Below are positions 20,256 to 31,484 of a stretch of 64,000 nt of DNA, piece after piece (position 1 is the stretch's first letter; each line of letters begins with the position of its first letter). The DNA comes from an uncultured cyanobacterium (GTDB lineage: Bacteria; Cyanobacteriota; Cyanobacteriia; Cyanobacteriales; Cyanobacteriaceae), in NCBI GenBank assembly GCA_963749915.1, contig CAVVOP010000008.1, positions 32,001 to 96,000 of the forward strand, read 5' to 3'. The position numbers and the translations under genes were made by a program. Below the pieces are notes generated by a model, which was not told the DNA's origin, ran no database searches, and worked only from the letters and a program-made list of their open reading frames with translations.

Positions 20256-21965
20256 ATGGGTAGTTTTAATTTTAGTGTTGTTCGTCGATTTTGGACAATC
20301 GCCAAATTATATTGGTTAGGAAATGAAAAAAAAGGAGCATTTATTCTTCTAGGAATCTTAGGATTATTATTAATTGGTTATACTCAATTAAGTGTCTTAT
20401 TAAATACGGCCCAAGGAGGTTTAATTTCTACTTTAGCCGCCAAGGATGAAGCAAAATTTTGGCAGACTGTCCTGAGATTTTTATTAATTTTAGTGGTTTA
20501 TGTGCCTTTATTTGCTGGTTTTTCTTATACTCAAAGTAAGTTGGGTTTATATTGGCGAAAGTGGTTAAGTGAACACTTTTTAGACAAATATTTTATCAAT
20601 CGTTCTTTTTATCAATTAGCTGTAAAAAATATTGAAATTGATAACCCAGATCAACGAATTTCTGAAGATATTAGAAGTTTTACTCAAGACTCTTTGCTAT
20701 TTTTATTAGTCGTCGTGCAATCGGTTTTACAAGTAGTGGCTTTTAGTGCTGTTTTATGGTCGATTTCCCAAAAATTAGTCATCTTTTTGTTGGTTTATGC
20801 TTTAGTGGGAACTTTAATTACTACAGGAGTTTTCGGCAAAAAATTAGTCACTTTAAACTTTGGACAATTGCAAAAAGAAGCTAACTTTCGTTTCGGTTTG
20901 GTAAGAGTCAGAGAAAACTCGGAATCCATCGCTTTTTATCAAGGAGAAACCCAAGAAAAAAATCACTTAAATAACTTATTTACTGACTTATATAACAACT
21001 TTAATTCTCTTATTATTTGGCAAGAATTATATTTAGGATTATTTGTTAATACTTTTGAATTTTTACCCTATGTTATACCGGCGATTGTAGTTGCCCCTAG
21101 TGTTTTATCGGGGGAATTAGAAGTAGGAAAAGTGAGTGAAGCAACGGGGGCATTTGCTAGGGTATTTTTCTCTTTAAATATTATCGTTAGCAGGTTTCAA
21201 TCTTTAACAATTTTTGCCGCTGGAATTAACCGTTTATCGGGTTTTTATCAATTTTTATCCCCTGAAGAAAAAGTCGATTTATTAACTAAAAATATTCCTC
21301 AAAATCGAACTATTGATACCGTTGAAAACGGTCAATTAGCCATCGAACATTTAACCTTACAAACCCCAAATTATCAAAACACATTAATGGAAGATGTGAG
21401 TTTAAATTTACCTCAAGGTAATGGTTTATTAATTATGGGTACAAGTGGTTGCGGTAAGAGTTCATTATTAAGGGCGATCGCTGGATTGTGGAATTCAGGT
21501 ACAGGGGCAATTTTTCGCCCAGAATTAAACAAAATGCTCTTTTTACCCCAACGCCCTTACATGATTATTGGTACACTAAGAGAACAATTAGTTTATCCTA
21601 GTATCGAAAAAAATCTTACAGAAACAGAATTGCAAAATATCTTGAATATGGTCAATTTACCCCATTTAGCGGAAAAGTTTGGCGGTTTTGAGATCGAAAA
21701 AGATTGGGGTGAGGTGTTATCTTTAGGGGAACAACAAAGGGTTGCTTTTGCTCGCATTTTGATTAATCAACCGCAATATGCCATTCTCGATGAGGCTACC
21801 AGTGCATTAGATGCTGACAACGAAGCGAATTTATATAAACATCTCCTAGAAACAAATACCACTTTCATTAGTGTTGGTCATCGTGAAAGTCTGAGAACTT
21901 ATCACCAATTATTACTGCAAATATCTGATGATAAATCGTGGAAAATATTAAAAATTAACACTTAG
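20256..21965 (+). CDS. Fused permease/ATPase ABC transporter (YddA/ABCD-like)
   Basis: DNPDQRI, EANFRFGLVRVRENSESIAFY, Walker A GTSGCGKS, LSLGEQQR, LDEATSALD. Confidence 0.9.
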   Translation: MGSFNFSVVRRFWTIAKLYWLGNEKKGAFILLGILGLLLIGYTQLSVLLNTAQGGLISTLAAKDEAKFWQTVLRFLLILVVYVPLFAGFSYTQSKLGLYWRKWLSEHFLDKYFINRSFYQLAVKNIEIDNPDQRISEDIRSFTQDSLLFLLVVVQSVLQVVAFSAVLWSISQKLVIFLLVYALVGTLITTGVFGKKLVTLNFGQLQKEANFRFGLVRVRENSESIAFYQGETQEKNHLNNLFTDLYNNFNSLIIWQELYLGLFVNTFEFLPYVIPAIVVAPSVLSGELEVGKVSEATGAFARVFFSLNIIVSRFQSLTIFAAGINRLSGFYQFLSPEEKVDLLTKNIPQNRTIDTVENGQLAIEHLTLQTPNYQNTLMEDVSLNLPQGNGLLIMGTSGCGKSSLLRAIAGLWNSGTGAIFRPELNKMLFLPQRPYMIIGTLREQLVYPSIEKNLTETELQNILNMVNLPHLAEKFGGFEIEKDWGEVLSLGEQQRVAFARILINQPQYAILDEATSALDADNEANLYKHLLETNTTFISVGHRESLRTYHQLLLQISDDKSWKILKINT

Positions 21966-22026
21966 AAACTATTAATAACATCATATTATTAGATAATAAA
22001 AAGGAACCCAATATTGATAATTTTCT

Positions 22027-24672
22027 ATGACTAATAACCCTCCTATTTTGACAGGTAATGAAATTAGAGATAAATTTTTAAGCTTTTTTGCAGAAAAACA
22101 ACACAAAATCTTATCTAGTGCCTCATTAGTACCCGAAGATCCCACTGTTTTATTGACGATCGCAGGAATGCTTCCATTTAAGCCGATTTTTTTAGGGCAA
22201 AAAACCCCTGATTATCCCCGTGTCACAACTTCTCAAAAGTGCATTCGTACTAATGATATTGAAAATGTCGGACGCACTGCCAGACATCATACTTTTTTCG
22301 AGATGTTGGGCAATTTTAGCTTTGGTGATTATTTTAAGTCACAGGCCATCGCATGGGGTTGGGAATTATCCACAGAAGTATTTAAACTACCTGCCGAGAG
22401 AATCGTTGTTAGTGTCTTTAAAGAAGATGACGAGGCTTTGGCGATATGGAGAGATGAAATAGGTCTCCCCGAAAAACGGATTATCCCCATGGGAGAAGAA
22501 GATAACTTCTGGAAATCGGGGGCAACTGGTCCCTGTGGTCCTTGTTCTGAGTTATACTATGATTTTAAGCCAGAATTAGGTGATGACAATATTGACTTGG
22601 AAGACCATAGCCGATTTATCGAGTTTTATAACTTGGTGTTTATGGAGTATAATCGAGACGCTGACGGTAATTTAACCCCTCTGCAAAACCGCAACATTGA
22701 TACTGGCATGGGGTTAGAAAGAATGGCGCAAATTCTCCAACAAGTACCTAATAACTACGAAACTGATTTGATTTTCCCTATCATCGCCGTGGCGGCGAAG
22801 TTGGCAAATATTGACTATCAAAAAGCCGATGAAAATACCAAAATATCATTAAAAGTTATCGGTGATCATGTGCGCTCTGTAGTTCAAATGATTGCTGACG
22901 GCATTTCTGCATCTAATATCGGGCGTGGTTATATTTTACGGCGGTTAATTCGCCGGGTGGTGCGTCATGGGCGTTTAATTGGCATTGACGGTAATTTTAT
23001 TAACGAGGTAGCAGAAGAGGCGATTCAGTTACTCGAAGGGGTTTATAGTAACACTAGAGAGCGAGAAAAGGTGATTAAAACCGAGTTGCAACGAGAAGAA
23101 TCGGCATTTTTAGCTACCCTTGAAAGAGGAGAAAAATTACTCAACGAAGTGATTATAAAACTCAAAAGTAAGCAAAAAACCCAAATTTCAGGTGCTGATG
23201 CTTTCACTTTATACGATACCTATGGTTTCCCCCTCGAATTAACTCAAGAAATTGCTGAAGAAGAAGGTTTAACCGTTGATGTGTCAGAATTTGAAGCGGA
23301 AATGGAAGCTCAAAGAGTGCGATCGCAATCCGCCCATGAAACCATCGATTTAACTGTACAAGGTAGCATAGATAAATTGGCCGAGCATATTCACCCGACG
23401 GAGTTTTTAGGTTATCAAGAATATCAGTTAATTAGTCACATTGAGGCGTTATTGGTGGGTGGCAAATCCGTAGAAAAAGCCAAATCAGGAAGTAAAATTC
23501 AGTTAATCCTCAACAAAACTCCATTTTATGCTGAATCTGGCGGGCAAATTGGCGATAAGGGCTATTTAGCTGGGGAAAATGTATTAATTTCTATTACCGA
23601 TGTACAGAAAGAATCGGGGTTTTTCGTTCATTATGGTATCGTCGAAAGGGGTACGGTTGAAGTAGGGCAAAAGTTACGAGCTACCATTGACAAGGCATCT
23701 CGTAATCGAATCAAAGCCAATCACACCGCTACTCATTTATTACAATCGGCGTTGAAAAAAATTGTCATTGATTCTATCTCCCAAGCTGGTTCATTAGTAT
23801 CCTTCGACAAATTACGATTTGACTTTAACTGCCCTCAAGCCGTTACTAAAGCCCAATTACAGCAAGTAGAGGACTTAATTAATACATGGATAGCTGAAGC
23901 CCATGATACTCGTGTTTCTGTAATGGCATTGGAAGAAGCTAAGCAAAAAGGTGCGATCGCCATGTTTGGGGAAAAATACGGCTCACAAGTCAGAGTCATA
24001 GACGTGTCGGGAGTATCAATGGAATTGTGCGGCGGCACTCATGTTAATAATACTGCTGAAATTGGCTTGTTTAAAATCATCTCGGAAACGGGCATTTCTT
24101 CAGGGGTAAGACGCATTGAAGCGGTGGCTGGTGCTTCTGTTTTAGAATATCTCAAAGTGCGGGATGATGTGGTCAAAGAATTATGCGATCGTCTCAAAGC
24201 GAAACCAGAGGAGATTCCTGAGCGTTTTTCTAATCTTCAAAGTGAATTAAAAGCCACCCAAAAAGAATTAGAAAATCTTCAACAAGAGTTAGCCTTACTC
24301 AAATCCGAGAGTTTAATTAATGAGGCAGAAACCATAGGCGAATTTAAAATTTTGGTGGCAAATATGGGGGAATTAGATGCTAAATCTTTGCAAACTGCAG
24401 GGGAAAGATTACAACAAAAATTAGGAGAAAGTGCCGTAATTTTAGCCTCTATTCCCGAAGTTGGAAAAGTAAGTTTAGTCGCCGCTTTTAGTGAAAAAAT
24501 TTATCAGGAGAAAAAACTTTTAGCAGGAAAATTCATCAGTGAAATTGCCAAAATTTGTGGCGGTGGCGGTGGTGGAAAACCTAGTCTTGCCCAAGCAGGA
24601 GGTAAAGATACCAGTAAATTAAATGAGGCTTTAACTACTGCAAAAAATAAATTAATTGAGGTTTTAGGTTAA
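22027..24672 (+). CDS. alaS: Alanine--tRNA ligase
   Basis: QKCIRTNDIENVGRTARHHTFFEMLGNFSFGDYFK, NHTATHLL, ELCGGTH, C-terminal GGGGGK. Confidence 0.98.
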   Translation: MTNNPPILTGNEIRDKFLSFFAEKQHKILSSASLVPEDPTVLLTIAGMLPFKPIFLGQKTPDYPRVTTSQKCIRTNDIENVGRTARHHTFFEMLGNFSFGDYFKSQAIAWGWELSTEVFKLPAERIVVSVFKEDDEALAIWRDEIGLPEKRIIPMGEEDNFWKSGATGPCGPCSELYYDFKPELGDDNIDLEDHSRFIEFYNLVFMEYNRDADGNLTPLQNRNIDTGMGLERMAQILQQVPNNYETDLIFPIIAVAAKLANIDYQKADENTKISLKVIGDHVRSVVQMIADGISASNIGRGYILRRLIRRVVRHGRLIGIDGNFINEVAEEAIQLLEGVYSNTREREKVIKTELQREESAFLATLERGEKLLNEVIIKLKSKQKTQISGADAFTLYDTYGFPLELTQEIAEEEGLTVDVSEFEAEMEAQRVRSQSAHETIDLTVQGSIDKLAEHIHPTEFLGYQEYQLISHIEALLVGGKSVEKAKSGSKIQLILNKTPFYAESGGQIGDKGYLAGENVLISITDVQKESGFFVHYGIVERGTVEVGQKLRATIDKASRNRIKANHTATHLLQSALKKIVIDSISQAGSLVSFDKLRFDFNCPQAVTKAQLQQVEDLINTWIAEAHDTRVSVMALEEAKQKGAIAMFGEKYGSQVRVIDVSGVSMELCGGTHVNNTAEIGLFKIISETGISSGVRRIEAVAGASVLEYLKVRDDVVKELCDRLKAKPEEIPERFSNLQSELKATQKELENLQQELALLKSESLINEAETIGEFKILVANMGELDAKSLQTAGERLQQKLGESAVILASIPEVGKVSLVAAFSEKIYQEKKLLAGKFISEIAKICGGGGGGKPSLAQAGGKDTSKLNEALTTAKNKLIEVLG

Positions 24673-24760
24673 TTAAGATTAATTCGGCTAGTTTTATAGA
24701 TGTTACTTTTTAGATTACGCTCTTGCTAACCGATGTTCAAAAATTTATTTAACAAATATA

Positions 24761-25348
24761 ATGACTAATTTTATTGACATTTTAAACCAAGCCGTTAACG
24801 ATAAAAATTCATACCCAAAAGGTCAAGTATTAGTTGAGGCTTTATTAGCGGCTGAAAAACATAGCCATCAACGTAAATCACAATATCAATTTGAGCAATT
24901 AAAAGGATGTTGGCAATTACATTTTATTACAGGAACAAAAAACAGTCAAAAAAAATTTGGTAATATTCTCGGTGGTGGTTTTTATATTCCTTCTATTTTT
25001 AAAATTATTATCTCTTATTCAGCTATTGGAAATTTAGAAAAATCTCTTAATCAAGGAAGAATTGAAAACATAGTAAAATTTGGATTAGTAAAGTTTTGCG
25101 TCGATGGACCTTGTAAATTTATTTGCAAAAAAAATATCATGGCTTTTGATTTTACTTATTTAAAAATGTGGATTTTAGATGTAAAAATTTATGAAATGAA
25201 CATCAGAAATGGTAGGAATAGCGAAGCCAATTTTTATGAAACAAATATTAATCGACAAGCCTTTTTTAGTTACTTTTATGTCACCGAAAATGTAATTGCC
25301 GCTAGAGGTAGAGGGGGAGGTTTAGCATTGTGGAAGAAAGTAAATTAG
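24761..25348 (+). CDS. PAP/fibrillin-like hypothetical protein
   Basis: LKGCWQLHFITG and C-terminal AARGRGGGLALW pattern. Confidence 0.55.
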   Translation: MTNFIDILNQAVNDKNSYPKGQVLVEALLAAEKHSHQRKSQYQFEQLKGCWQLHFITGTKNSQKKFGNILGGGFYIPSIFKIIISYSAIGNLEKSLNQGRIENIVKFGLVKFCVDGPCKFICKKNIMAFDFTYLKMWILDVKIYEMNIRNGRNSEANFYETNINRQAFFSYFYVTENVIAARGRGGGLALWKKVN

Positions 25349-25406
25349 TTAAAACTGGAAGAACTAATATAATTGATGTGGCACTCGTGAATAAATTGAT
25401 TTTATT

Positions 25407-25817
25407 ATGTTGAAATTAATATCATTTTCTAGTACAATTTCCTTATTTATTTTATTAATAAGTAGCTTAAATTTAACGGTTTTTTCTATACCCGATAATA
25501 TTAATAATTCCTCTCCCCCCTTAACCAAGGAAACAGGATGGAGTGTTTGGCAACCTTGGGTAGATTTCCCTTTTGAGACAATTGAGGTGGGGCTTTCTAA
25601 TACGGATTTAGGCGGAATGATAGATTTTGAATATGATTGTTTTGGTTCAGCAGGGGATGAAAATGATACTCTTAAACAAGAAACTTATTGGTATCGTATC
25701 GCCGATAAAATTGAGAAAATTGGACAGGACAAATATGTCACCATAGAAGTTGGTTGCTGGCTAAATGATGATTTTAAATCAACTACGACTTTGATGGGAA
25801 TTATTAATAATAAATAA
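25407..25817 (+). CDS. Hypothetical secreted protein
   Basis: 136-aa ORF with signal-peptide-like N-terminus; no motif recognised. Confidence 0.5.
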   Translation: MLKLISFSSTISLFILLISSLNLTVFSIPDNINNSSPPLTKETGWSVWQPWVDFPFETIEVGLSNTDLGGMIDFEYDCFGSAGDENDTLKQETYWYRIADKIEKIGQDKYVTIEVGCWLNDDFKSTTTLMGIINNK

Positions 25818-26002
25818 TGGTTCATTAATAATTAAGTTTATTTTCAATTTAATACTGCTTACTATATTGCTGCTTATTCCCTGTTCCCCACGTGGGACTA
25901 TAAAATAGACTGAAACTATTTGGTATTAATTGATTTATAGATAATCATTAAGAAATGTTTAAGATCTTTGAAAATAGGTACTTAATGTTAAATAATAAAA
26001 TT

Positions 26003-26021
26003 ATTGAGAAAAATAATCAAT
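26003..26021. promoter_or_regulatory. Probable Fur box upstream of feoABC
   Basis: ATTGAGAAAAATAATCAAT, a 19-bp imperfect palindrome similar to ATTGAnAATnATTnTCAAT, about 20 bp before feoA. Confidence 0.65.
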
Positions 26022-26042
26022 AGTATCGGGGAAAATTAGACA

Positions 26043-26657
26043 ATGATGAGATCTGGTAATATCAATAAAACACATATACAGAAATTTTCTTATTGGGGTG
26101 AAAAATCCAATTTAGAAGATGATACAACGACGACCTTAGATCAAAAATTTCCAACTTCTAGCTATCCTCTTTCTCAAGCTAAACTCGGTGTTACAGTGTG
26201 GGTTGTCGGATTTACAGGCGGGGGAGGAACTAATCGACTATTAGGTATGGGTTTAATTCCGGGTACGAAACTTCAAATTATTAATGTACAACCTAGTGGT
26301 TCGGTAATGATCGCAATTCAAGATCAAAGAATGGGTATCGGGGCAGGTATGGCACAGAAAATTTTAGTTAGTAATGAGCCTTTATTCAATCAAGAGAAAA
26401 ATTTGATGACAAATGCAACGAGAGTTTATTTACGAGAAATGGTAAGCGGTACGGTAGGACGTGTTTTAGGTTATGAAAAAACCATGAGAGGTTATAAGGC
26501 TAAATTATTATCAATGGGGTTAACGCCTTCCACAGAATTTACCGTAATTAGGGTAGCACCTTTAGGAGATCCCATCGAAATTAAAGTTAGAGATTTTCAT
26601 TTAAGTTTGCGTAAACGAGAAGCTGACACTTTAATAGTAGAAATTATTAATAGTTAA
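26043..26657 (+). CDS. feoA: Ferrous iron transport protein A (two FeoA domains)
   Basis: RLLGMGLIPGTKL and KLLSMGLTPSTEF..RVAPLGDPIEIKVRDFHLSLRKREA. Confidence 0.9.
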   Translation: MMRSGNINKTHIQKFSYWGEKSNLEDDTTTTLDQKFPTSSYPLSQAKLGVTVWVVGFTGGGGTNRLLGMGLIPGTKLQIINVQPSGSVMIAIQDQRMGIGAGMAQKILVSNEPLFNQEKNLMTNATRVYLREMVSGTVGRVLGYEKTMRGYKAKLLSMGLTPSTEFTVIRVAPLGDPIEIKVRDFHLSLRKREADTLIVEIINS

Positions 26658-26753
26658 TAGTTAATAGTTAACAGCCATGAAACAACCTTTTTCAATAGTT
26701 AATAAGTATTTTTACTTGTTATCTTGACCATTAACCATCAACAAAATAAAAGT

Positions 26754-29081
26754 ATGCTAAAACCAATTATAGGACTTATAGGTAATCCCAATTGCGGAAA
26801 GACCACCCTTTTTAATGCCTTAACGGGTGCAAATCAACGCACAGGAAACTGGCCCGGTGTTACAGTCGATCGCAAAGAAGGTAAATTTAATCATCAAGGT
26901 AAAGAAATTACTGTAGTGGATTTACCCGGAGTTTACTCTTTAGATGTGGATGACCAAGAAACGGGGTTAGATGAATTAGTAGCAAGAGACTATTTACTTT
27001 CAGGAGAAGCGAATTTAATTATTAATATTGTCGATGCTTCTAATTTAGAACGTAATCTCTATTTAACAACTCAAATCATGGAGATGCACTTACCCATGGT
27101 AATTGCCTTGAATATGATGGACGTTGCCGAAAAAAGAGGGATTTCTATTGATACCAATTTACTCAGAGAAAGATTAGGTTGTCGAGTAGTTTCTATCAGT
27201 GCAGTTAATGGGCAAGGTATCAAAGAATTAATTAATGTTATTGCCGAAGAAGTTCAGAATTTGACCAATTCAGTTTCCTATATAGCTTATCCAGCGGTAA
27301 TTGAGGAGGCTTTAGAAGAATTAGTTTCTTACATCACTGAAAATAGCACAAAACGGATTGTTGAGCCTCGTTGGACGGCTTTAAGTTTATTACAGTATGA
27401 AGATCGGGGTATTGAAAATTTAGGTGGGGAAGAATTACCCTCCCTAATCGCTAAACATCGTCGTCAAATTCATCAAGTACTAGGTGACGACATTGATATT
27501 ATGATTGCCGATAGTCGTTATGGTTTTATTCAGCAACTTACCCAAGGAGCGACGGGGCGACAGGGTGAAATTAGTAGTAACTTATCCGATCGTTTAGATC
27601 AAATTGTACTCCATCGTTGGTGGGGTGTTCCCATTTTTTTCGGTGTGATGTATCTTATGTTTCTCTTTACCATTAACGTTAGTGCAGCATTTATCGACTT
27701 TTTTGACATGACTGCCGCTACTATCTTTGTCGATGGTTTAGCTCATGTTTTACAGGGCATTAATACTCCCGGATGGTTAATTGCTTTACTCGCTGATGGT
27801 GCTGGGGGCGGTATTCAAACCGTAGCCACTTTTATTCCCGTAATTGGCTTTATGTTTTTATTTCTTTCCATTTTGGAAGACTCTGGTTATATGGCACGGG
27901 CGGCTTTTGTTATGGATAGATTAATGCGATTAGTCGGGCTTCCGGGAAAATCTTTTGTGCCAATGTTGGTGGGGTTTGGCTGTAACGTACCTGCAATCAT
28001 GGCAACTCGTACCCTCGAAAATTCTCGCGATCGCCTAATGACGGTAATGATGAATCCTTTTATGTCATGTGGTGCAAGGCTTCCCGTTTATGCACTGTTT
28101 GCGGCGGCTTTTTTCCCTATAGGTGGACAAAATATTGTCTTTGGATTGTACATATTGGGTATTGTCGCCGCTATTTTTACGGGAATAGTGATGAAAAATA
28201 CCTTACTCAAAGGAGAAATTAGTCATTTTGTCATGGAATTACCGCCTTATCATTTACCCCGTGTTAAAGGTGTGTTAATTAGGACATGGGATCGATTAAA
28301 AGCCTTTTTATGGAAAGCAGGGCGAGTAATTATTTTGATGGTGATGGTTTTAGGCTTGTTAAATTCTGTCAGTTTTGATGGCTCTTTTGGCAACCAAGAT
28401 ACCAAAAATTCGGTTTTAAGTGTTACTTCCGAAGCTGTCACTCCTATATTTTCACCCATGGGATTAACTCAAGAAAATTGGGCGGCAACGGTGGGAATTT
28501 TCACGGGAGTTTTTGCGAAAGAAGCCATGGTAGGAACTTTAGATTCCCTTTACAGTCAATTAGCAAAAGAAGATAATGCCGATGAGGAAGCGAAAATAGA
28601 TGAATATAGCTTCTGGGGAGGTATAAAAGATGCTTTTGCCACGATTCCTGCGAATTTAGCTGATTTACCATCTCAATTACTCGATCCTTTAGGCTTAAGT
28701 ATTGCTAATAGTGAAAACATCGAAACCGCCGCCGAAGAACAAGAAGTCGATAAAGGCACTTTTGGAGCAATGGTGAAGCGTTTTAATGGACAAGCTGGGG
28801 CTTTTGCTTATCTTTTATTTGTTTTGCTCTATTTTCCTTGCGTTTCCGCTACTGCGGCGGTTTATCGTGAAACTAATTTATGGTGGACAGTTTTTGTCGC
28901 CGCATGGACTACTGGTATGGCTTATTGGGTAGCAACGATGTTTTATCAGGTAGCGACTTTTTCTCAACATCCCAGTTTTTCACTGACATGGATTGTGGCA
29001 ATGAGTCTAATTTTAGTAGGAGTGTTATTTAGTCTTAGTCAAATTCGCCCTATTAAAACCGTCAAAAAGGCTATTGTTTAG
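26754..29081 (+). CDS. feoB: Ferrous iron transporter B
   Basis: GNPNCGKT, GNWPGVTV, DLPG, NMMD, LEDSGYMARAAF, PFMSCGARLPVY. Confidence 0.97.
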   Translation: MLKPIIGLIGNPNCGKTTLFNALTGANQRTGNWPGVTVDRKEGKFNHQGKEITVVDLPGVYSLDVDDQETGLDELVARDYLLSGEANLIINIVDASNLERNLYLTTQIMEMHLPMVIALNMMDVAEKRGISIDTNLLRERLGCRVVSISAVNGQGIKELINVIAEEVQNLTNSVSYIAYPAVIEEALEELVSYITENSTKRIVEPRWTALSLLQYEDRGIENLGGEELPSLIAKHRRQIHQVLGDDIDIMIADSRYGFIQQLTQGATGRQGEISSNLSDRLDQIVLHRWWGVPIFFGVMYLMFLFTINVSAAFIDFFDMTAATIFVDGLAHVLQGINTPGWLIALLADGAGGGIQTVATFIPVIGFMFLFLSILEDSGYMARAAFVMDRLMRLVGLPGKSFVPMLVGFGCNVPAIMATRTLENSRDRLMTVMMNPFMSCGARLPVYALFAAAFFPIGGQNIVFGLYILGIVAAIFTGIVMKNTLLKGEISHFVMELPPYHLPRVKGVLIRTWDRLKAFLWKAGRVIILMVMVLGLLNSVSFDGSFGNQDTKNSVLSVTSEAVTPIFSPMGLTQENWAATVGIFTGVFAKEAMVGTLDSLYSQLAKEDNADEEAKIDEYSFWGGIKDAFATIPANLADLPSQLLDPLGLSIANSENIETAAEEQEVDKGTFGAMVKRFNGQAGAFAYLLFVLLYFPCVSATAAVYRETNLWWTVFVAAWTTGMAYWVATMFYQVATFSQHPSFSLTWIVAMSLILVGVLFSLSQIRPIKTVKKAIV

Positions 29082-29091
29082 GGAATAAAAA

Positions 29092-29313
29092 ATGATTTTA
29101 ACAGACATACAAAATTATTTAATTAAACACCGTAAAGCATCTTTAGAAGAGTTAGCTATGTATGCTCATTCTGATGCTGATGCTATTCGTCTGATGTTAA
29201 ACCGTCTTATTCGCAAAGGAAGAGTGAGACAAATCGAGGGCAAAAAATGTGGCGGTTGTCATAGTTGTAATCCTGAATCCGTAGAATTTTATGAATGGAC
29301 GATGGATAATTGA
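29092..29313 (+). CDS. feoC: FeoC-like winged-helix protein
   Basis: Follows feoB; wHTH with C-terminal CGGCHSC. Confidence 0.85.
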   Translation: MILTDIQNYLIKHRKASLEELAMYAHSDADAIRLMLNRLIRKGRVRQIEGKKCGGCHSCNPESVEFYEWTMDN

Positions 29314-29450
29314 GTAATTTGTTTAGCAAACCAACTGGCAACACTATCGTTAGCCAAATTTGCCCAATAGAGTCCAAAGAGTCTAAGATAGTTTAATTAT
29401 TAACTTTTAATTTATTCTGTTAAAATAACAAAGGAGATTTAAAATTGACC

Positions 29451-30131
29451 ATGACCAATAATTTACCCTCTCAGCAACAAGTTGCTAATGTCACCTCTTC
29501 ACCAGAAAAACCTCCCACAATCGAGGAAATGGGTGTTAATATGCCGGAAGAAATAGATAGATTAGAAGATTTAATACTCAATGGTACTAGTATCCCTTTT
29601 ACGGGTAAAACTTTGATCGATGAAGAGCCATTGATTAATCAACTAGACTTAATCAGAATTAATATTCCTGATTGTTTACAACAGGCAACTCAACTATTGC
29701 AACAAAGAGAGCAAATTCTTTCAGAGGCTCAAAACTATGCTCAAAAAATTGTTGAAAATGCCCAAAGAAAGGCGGCTCAATTATTGGATGATTCTCGGAT
29801 AGTTCAACAAGCTGAAAGTCAGGCTCATCAAATTAGAAGACAAGTACAACAAGACTGCGAAAATTTACAACGGAAAACCATTGCTGAAGTAGAACAAATT
29901 AGACAAAAAATTCAACAAGAAGCCATTAAAACTCGGCAACAAGCTATTCTGGAAGCCGAAGAGATTCAAAACGAAGCTGATATTTATGCTGACTCGGTGT
30001 TATGTAAACTGGAGAAAGATCTTAGTGATATGTTAAGAGTTGTGAATAATGGTCGTCAACAAGTTCATAATCAAAAACTTATTCCCCAGCCTCGTCAGCA
30101 GGATATGATCATCACCAAAAAAGCTTCTTGA
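29451..30131 (+). CDS. DivIVA-like coiled-coil cell division protein (Cdv3-like)
   Basis: LEDLILNGTSIPFTGKTLIDEE followed by long coiled coil, ADIYADSVL...VNNGRQQ. Confidence 0.7.
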   Translation: MTNNLPSQQQVANVTSSPEKPPTIEEMGVNMPEEIDRLEDLILNGTSIPFTGKTLIDEEPLINQLDLIRINIPDCLQQATQLLQQREQILSEAQNYAQKIVENAQRKAAQLLDDSRIVQQAESQAHQIRRQVQQDCENLQRKTIAEVEQIRQKIQQEAIKTRQQAILEAEEIQNEADIYADSVLCKLEKDLSDMLRVVNNGRQQVHNQKLIPQPRQQDMIITKKAS

Positions 30132-30179
30132 TACTTCAACTCTTCCACCTACTGTATAAATCTTTGATGAAGAACTGAC

Positions 30180-31322
30180 TTATTTTCCCAAGGCCAGAAT
30201 AACATTTTGTCCCCCAAATCCAAAGCTAAAACAAAGCATTTTATTTAACTTATAGTTACTTGATTCTTGGCAAAAATTAAGGTCAAAATCCAGTGGTGAT
30301 AAGCTGATATTCGGTAACAATATCTGTTTTTCTAAAGACATCAAACTTAGAACCGTAGCCATAGCACCCGAAGCACCTAATGTATGACCTGTCGCTCCCT
30401 TGGTGGAACTTATCTTGGGGGCGTCATTGAATAATTCATAAATAATTTTAGCTTCTCTGTGGTCATTAAGAATTGTACCTGTACCATGAGCATGAATATA
30501 ATCTATCTCTTTTGGATGTAACCCGGCACGACTTAAACATTGTTGAATCGTTTTCATGGCTGTTTTTCCCTCTGGAGAAGGGGATGTCATGGCATGGGCA
30601 TCACAACTCATACCCCATGCGAGAATCTCACCGTAGATTTTAGCTGTACGACTTCGGGCTAATTCTTCAGTTTCTAATATTAACATTGCCCCTCCTTCCC
30701 CTAACACAAATCCGTCTCTTTTGGTTGCAAACGGGTAACATCCGTTATTACCTAACGCTTTCATTTGCCTAAATCCGGCGATAGTTAAAGGAGTTATGGG
30801 GGTTTCCACTGCCCCGACTATGACTCTTTTACATTTTTTTTGTTTAATTAGTTCATATCCTTGGGCGATCGCCACTAATCCCGTCGCACAGGCATTGGCA
30901 GGAGACAACACCGCCGCGGAAGTTTGAACATAATTGGCGACAATAACAGCAGGTTGATGGGGCAAAGTTTGTAACCAGGAAGGAGAAAAATGTTGAATTT
31001 TATCTAAATTTGATGAAGATAAGGTCGATAAAAAAACCTCCCACTGACTTTGACAACTACGACTTGAACCAATAACCACTGCCGTATCATGTAAGGGGGG
31101 AGAAATATTCCCATCTGAACAAACATCGTCAATTAATTGGGCCGTCAGATCAGATATAAAACAAGGCTGAGAATTAATTAATGCTAAGGGTAAAGGAGGA
31201 AAATAATCGAAGGGCTGACTAAGTTTTATACCGGAAATCCCTTTAATAATAACCTCCCAAGTCGCATTTTTATCCCCCAAGCAACTAATAAGACTAATAC
31301 CTGTAACAACAACTTTAACCAT
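30180..31322 (-). CDS. Beta-ketoacyl-ACP synthase (FabF-like paralogue)
   Basis: Cys-His-His triad: NACATG, HAHGTGT, TGHTLGASG; SFGFGGQN. Confidence 0.88.
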   Translation of the reverse strand: MVKVVVTGISLISCLGDKNATWEVIIKGISGIKLSQPFDYFPPLPLALINSQPCFISDLTAQLIDDVCSDGNISPPLHDTAVVIGSSRSCQSQWEVFLSTLSSSNLDKIQHFSPSWLQTLPHQPAVIVANYVQTSAAVLSPANACATGLVAIAQGYELIKQKKCKRVIVGAVETPITPLTIAGFRQMKALGNNGCYPFATKRDGFVLGEGGAMLILETEELARSRTAKIYGEILAWGMSCDAHAMTSPSPEGKTAMKTIQQCLSRAGLHPKEIDYIHAHGTGTILNDHREAKIIYELFNDAPKISSTKGATGHTLGASGAMATVLSLMSLEKQILLPNISLSPLDFDLNFCQESSNYKLNKMLCFSFGFGGQNVILALGK

Positions 31323-31360
31323 CAAAAACCATTAGCAATCCTTCATTAACAGGCAACCAT

Positions 31361-31460
31361 CCTAGTACTCTGATATTTTTAATTCGAGGGATAGGATTAT
31401 TCTCCAAAATCCAAAATTATCCTAACCAGTTCCTCAATATAAAGTTGTCAGAGTACTAGG
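31361..31460. mobile_element. 100-bp MITE-like element
   Basis: Perfect 13-bp inverted ends CCTAGTACTCTGA / TCAGAGTACTAGG; right end AAAGTTGTCAGAGTACTA also occurs near 17475. Confidence 0.7.
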
Positions 31461-31484
31461 GGCAATGTATTCTGTGCCTATAAA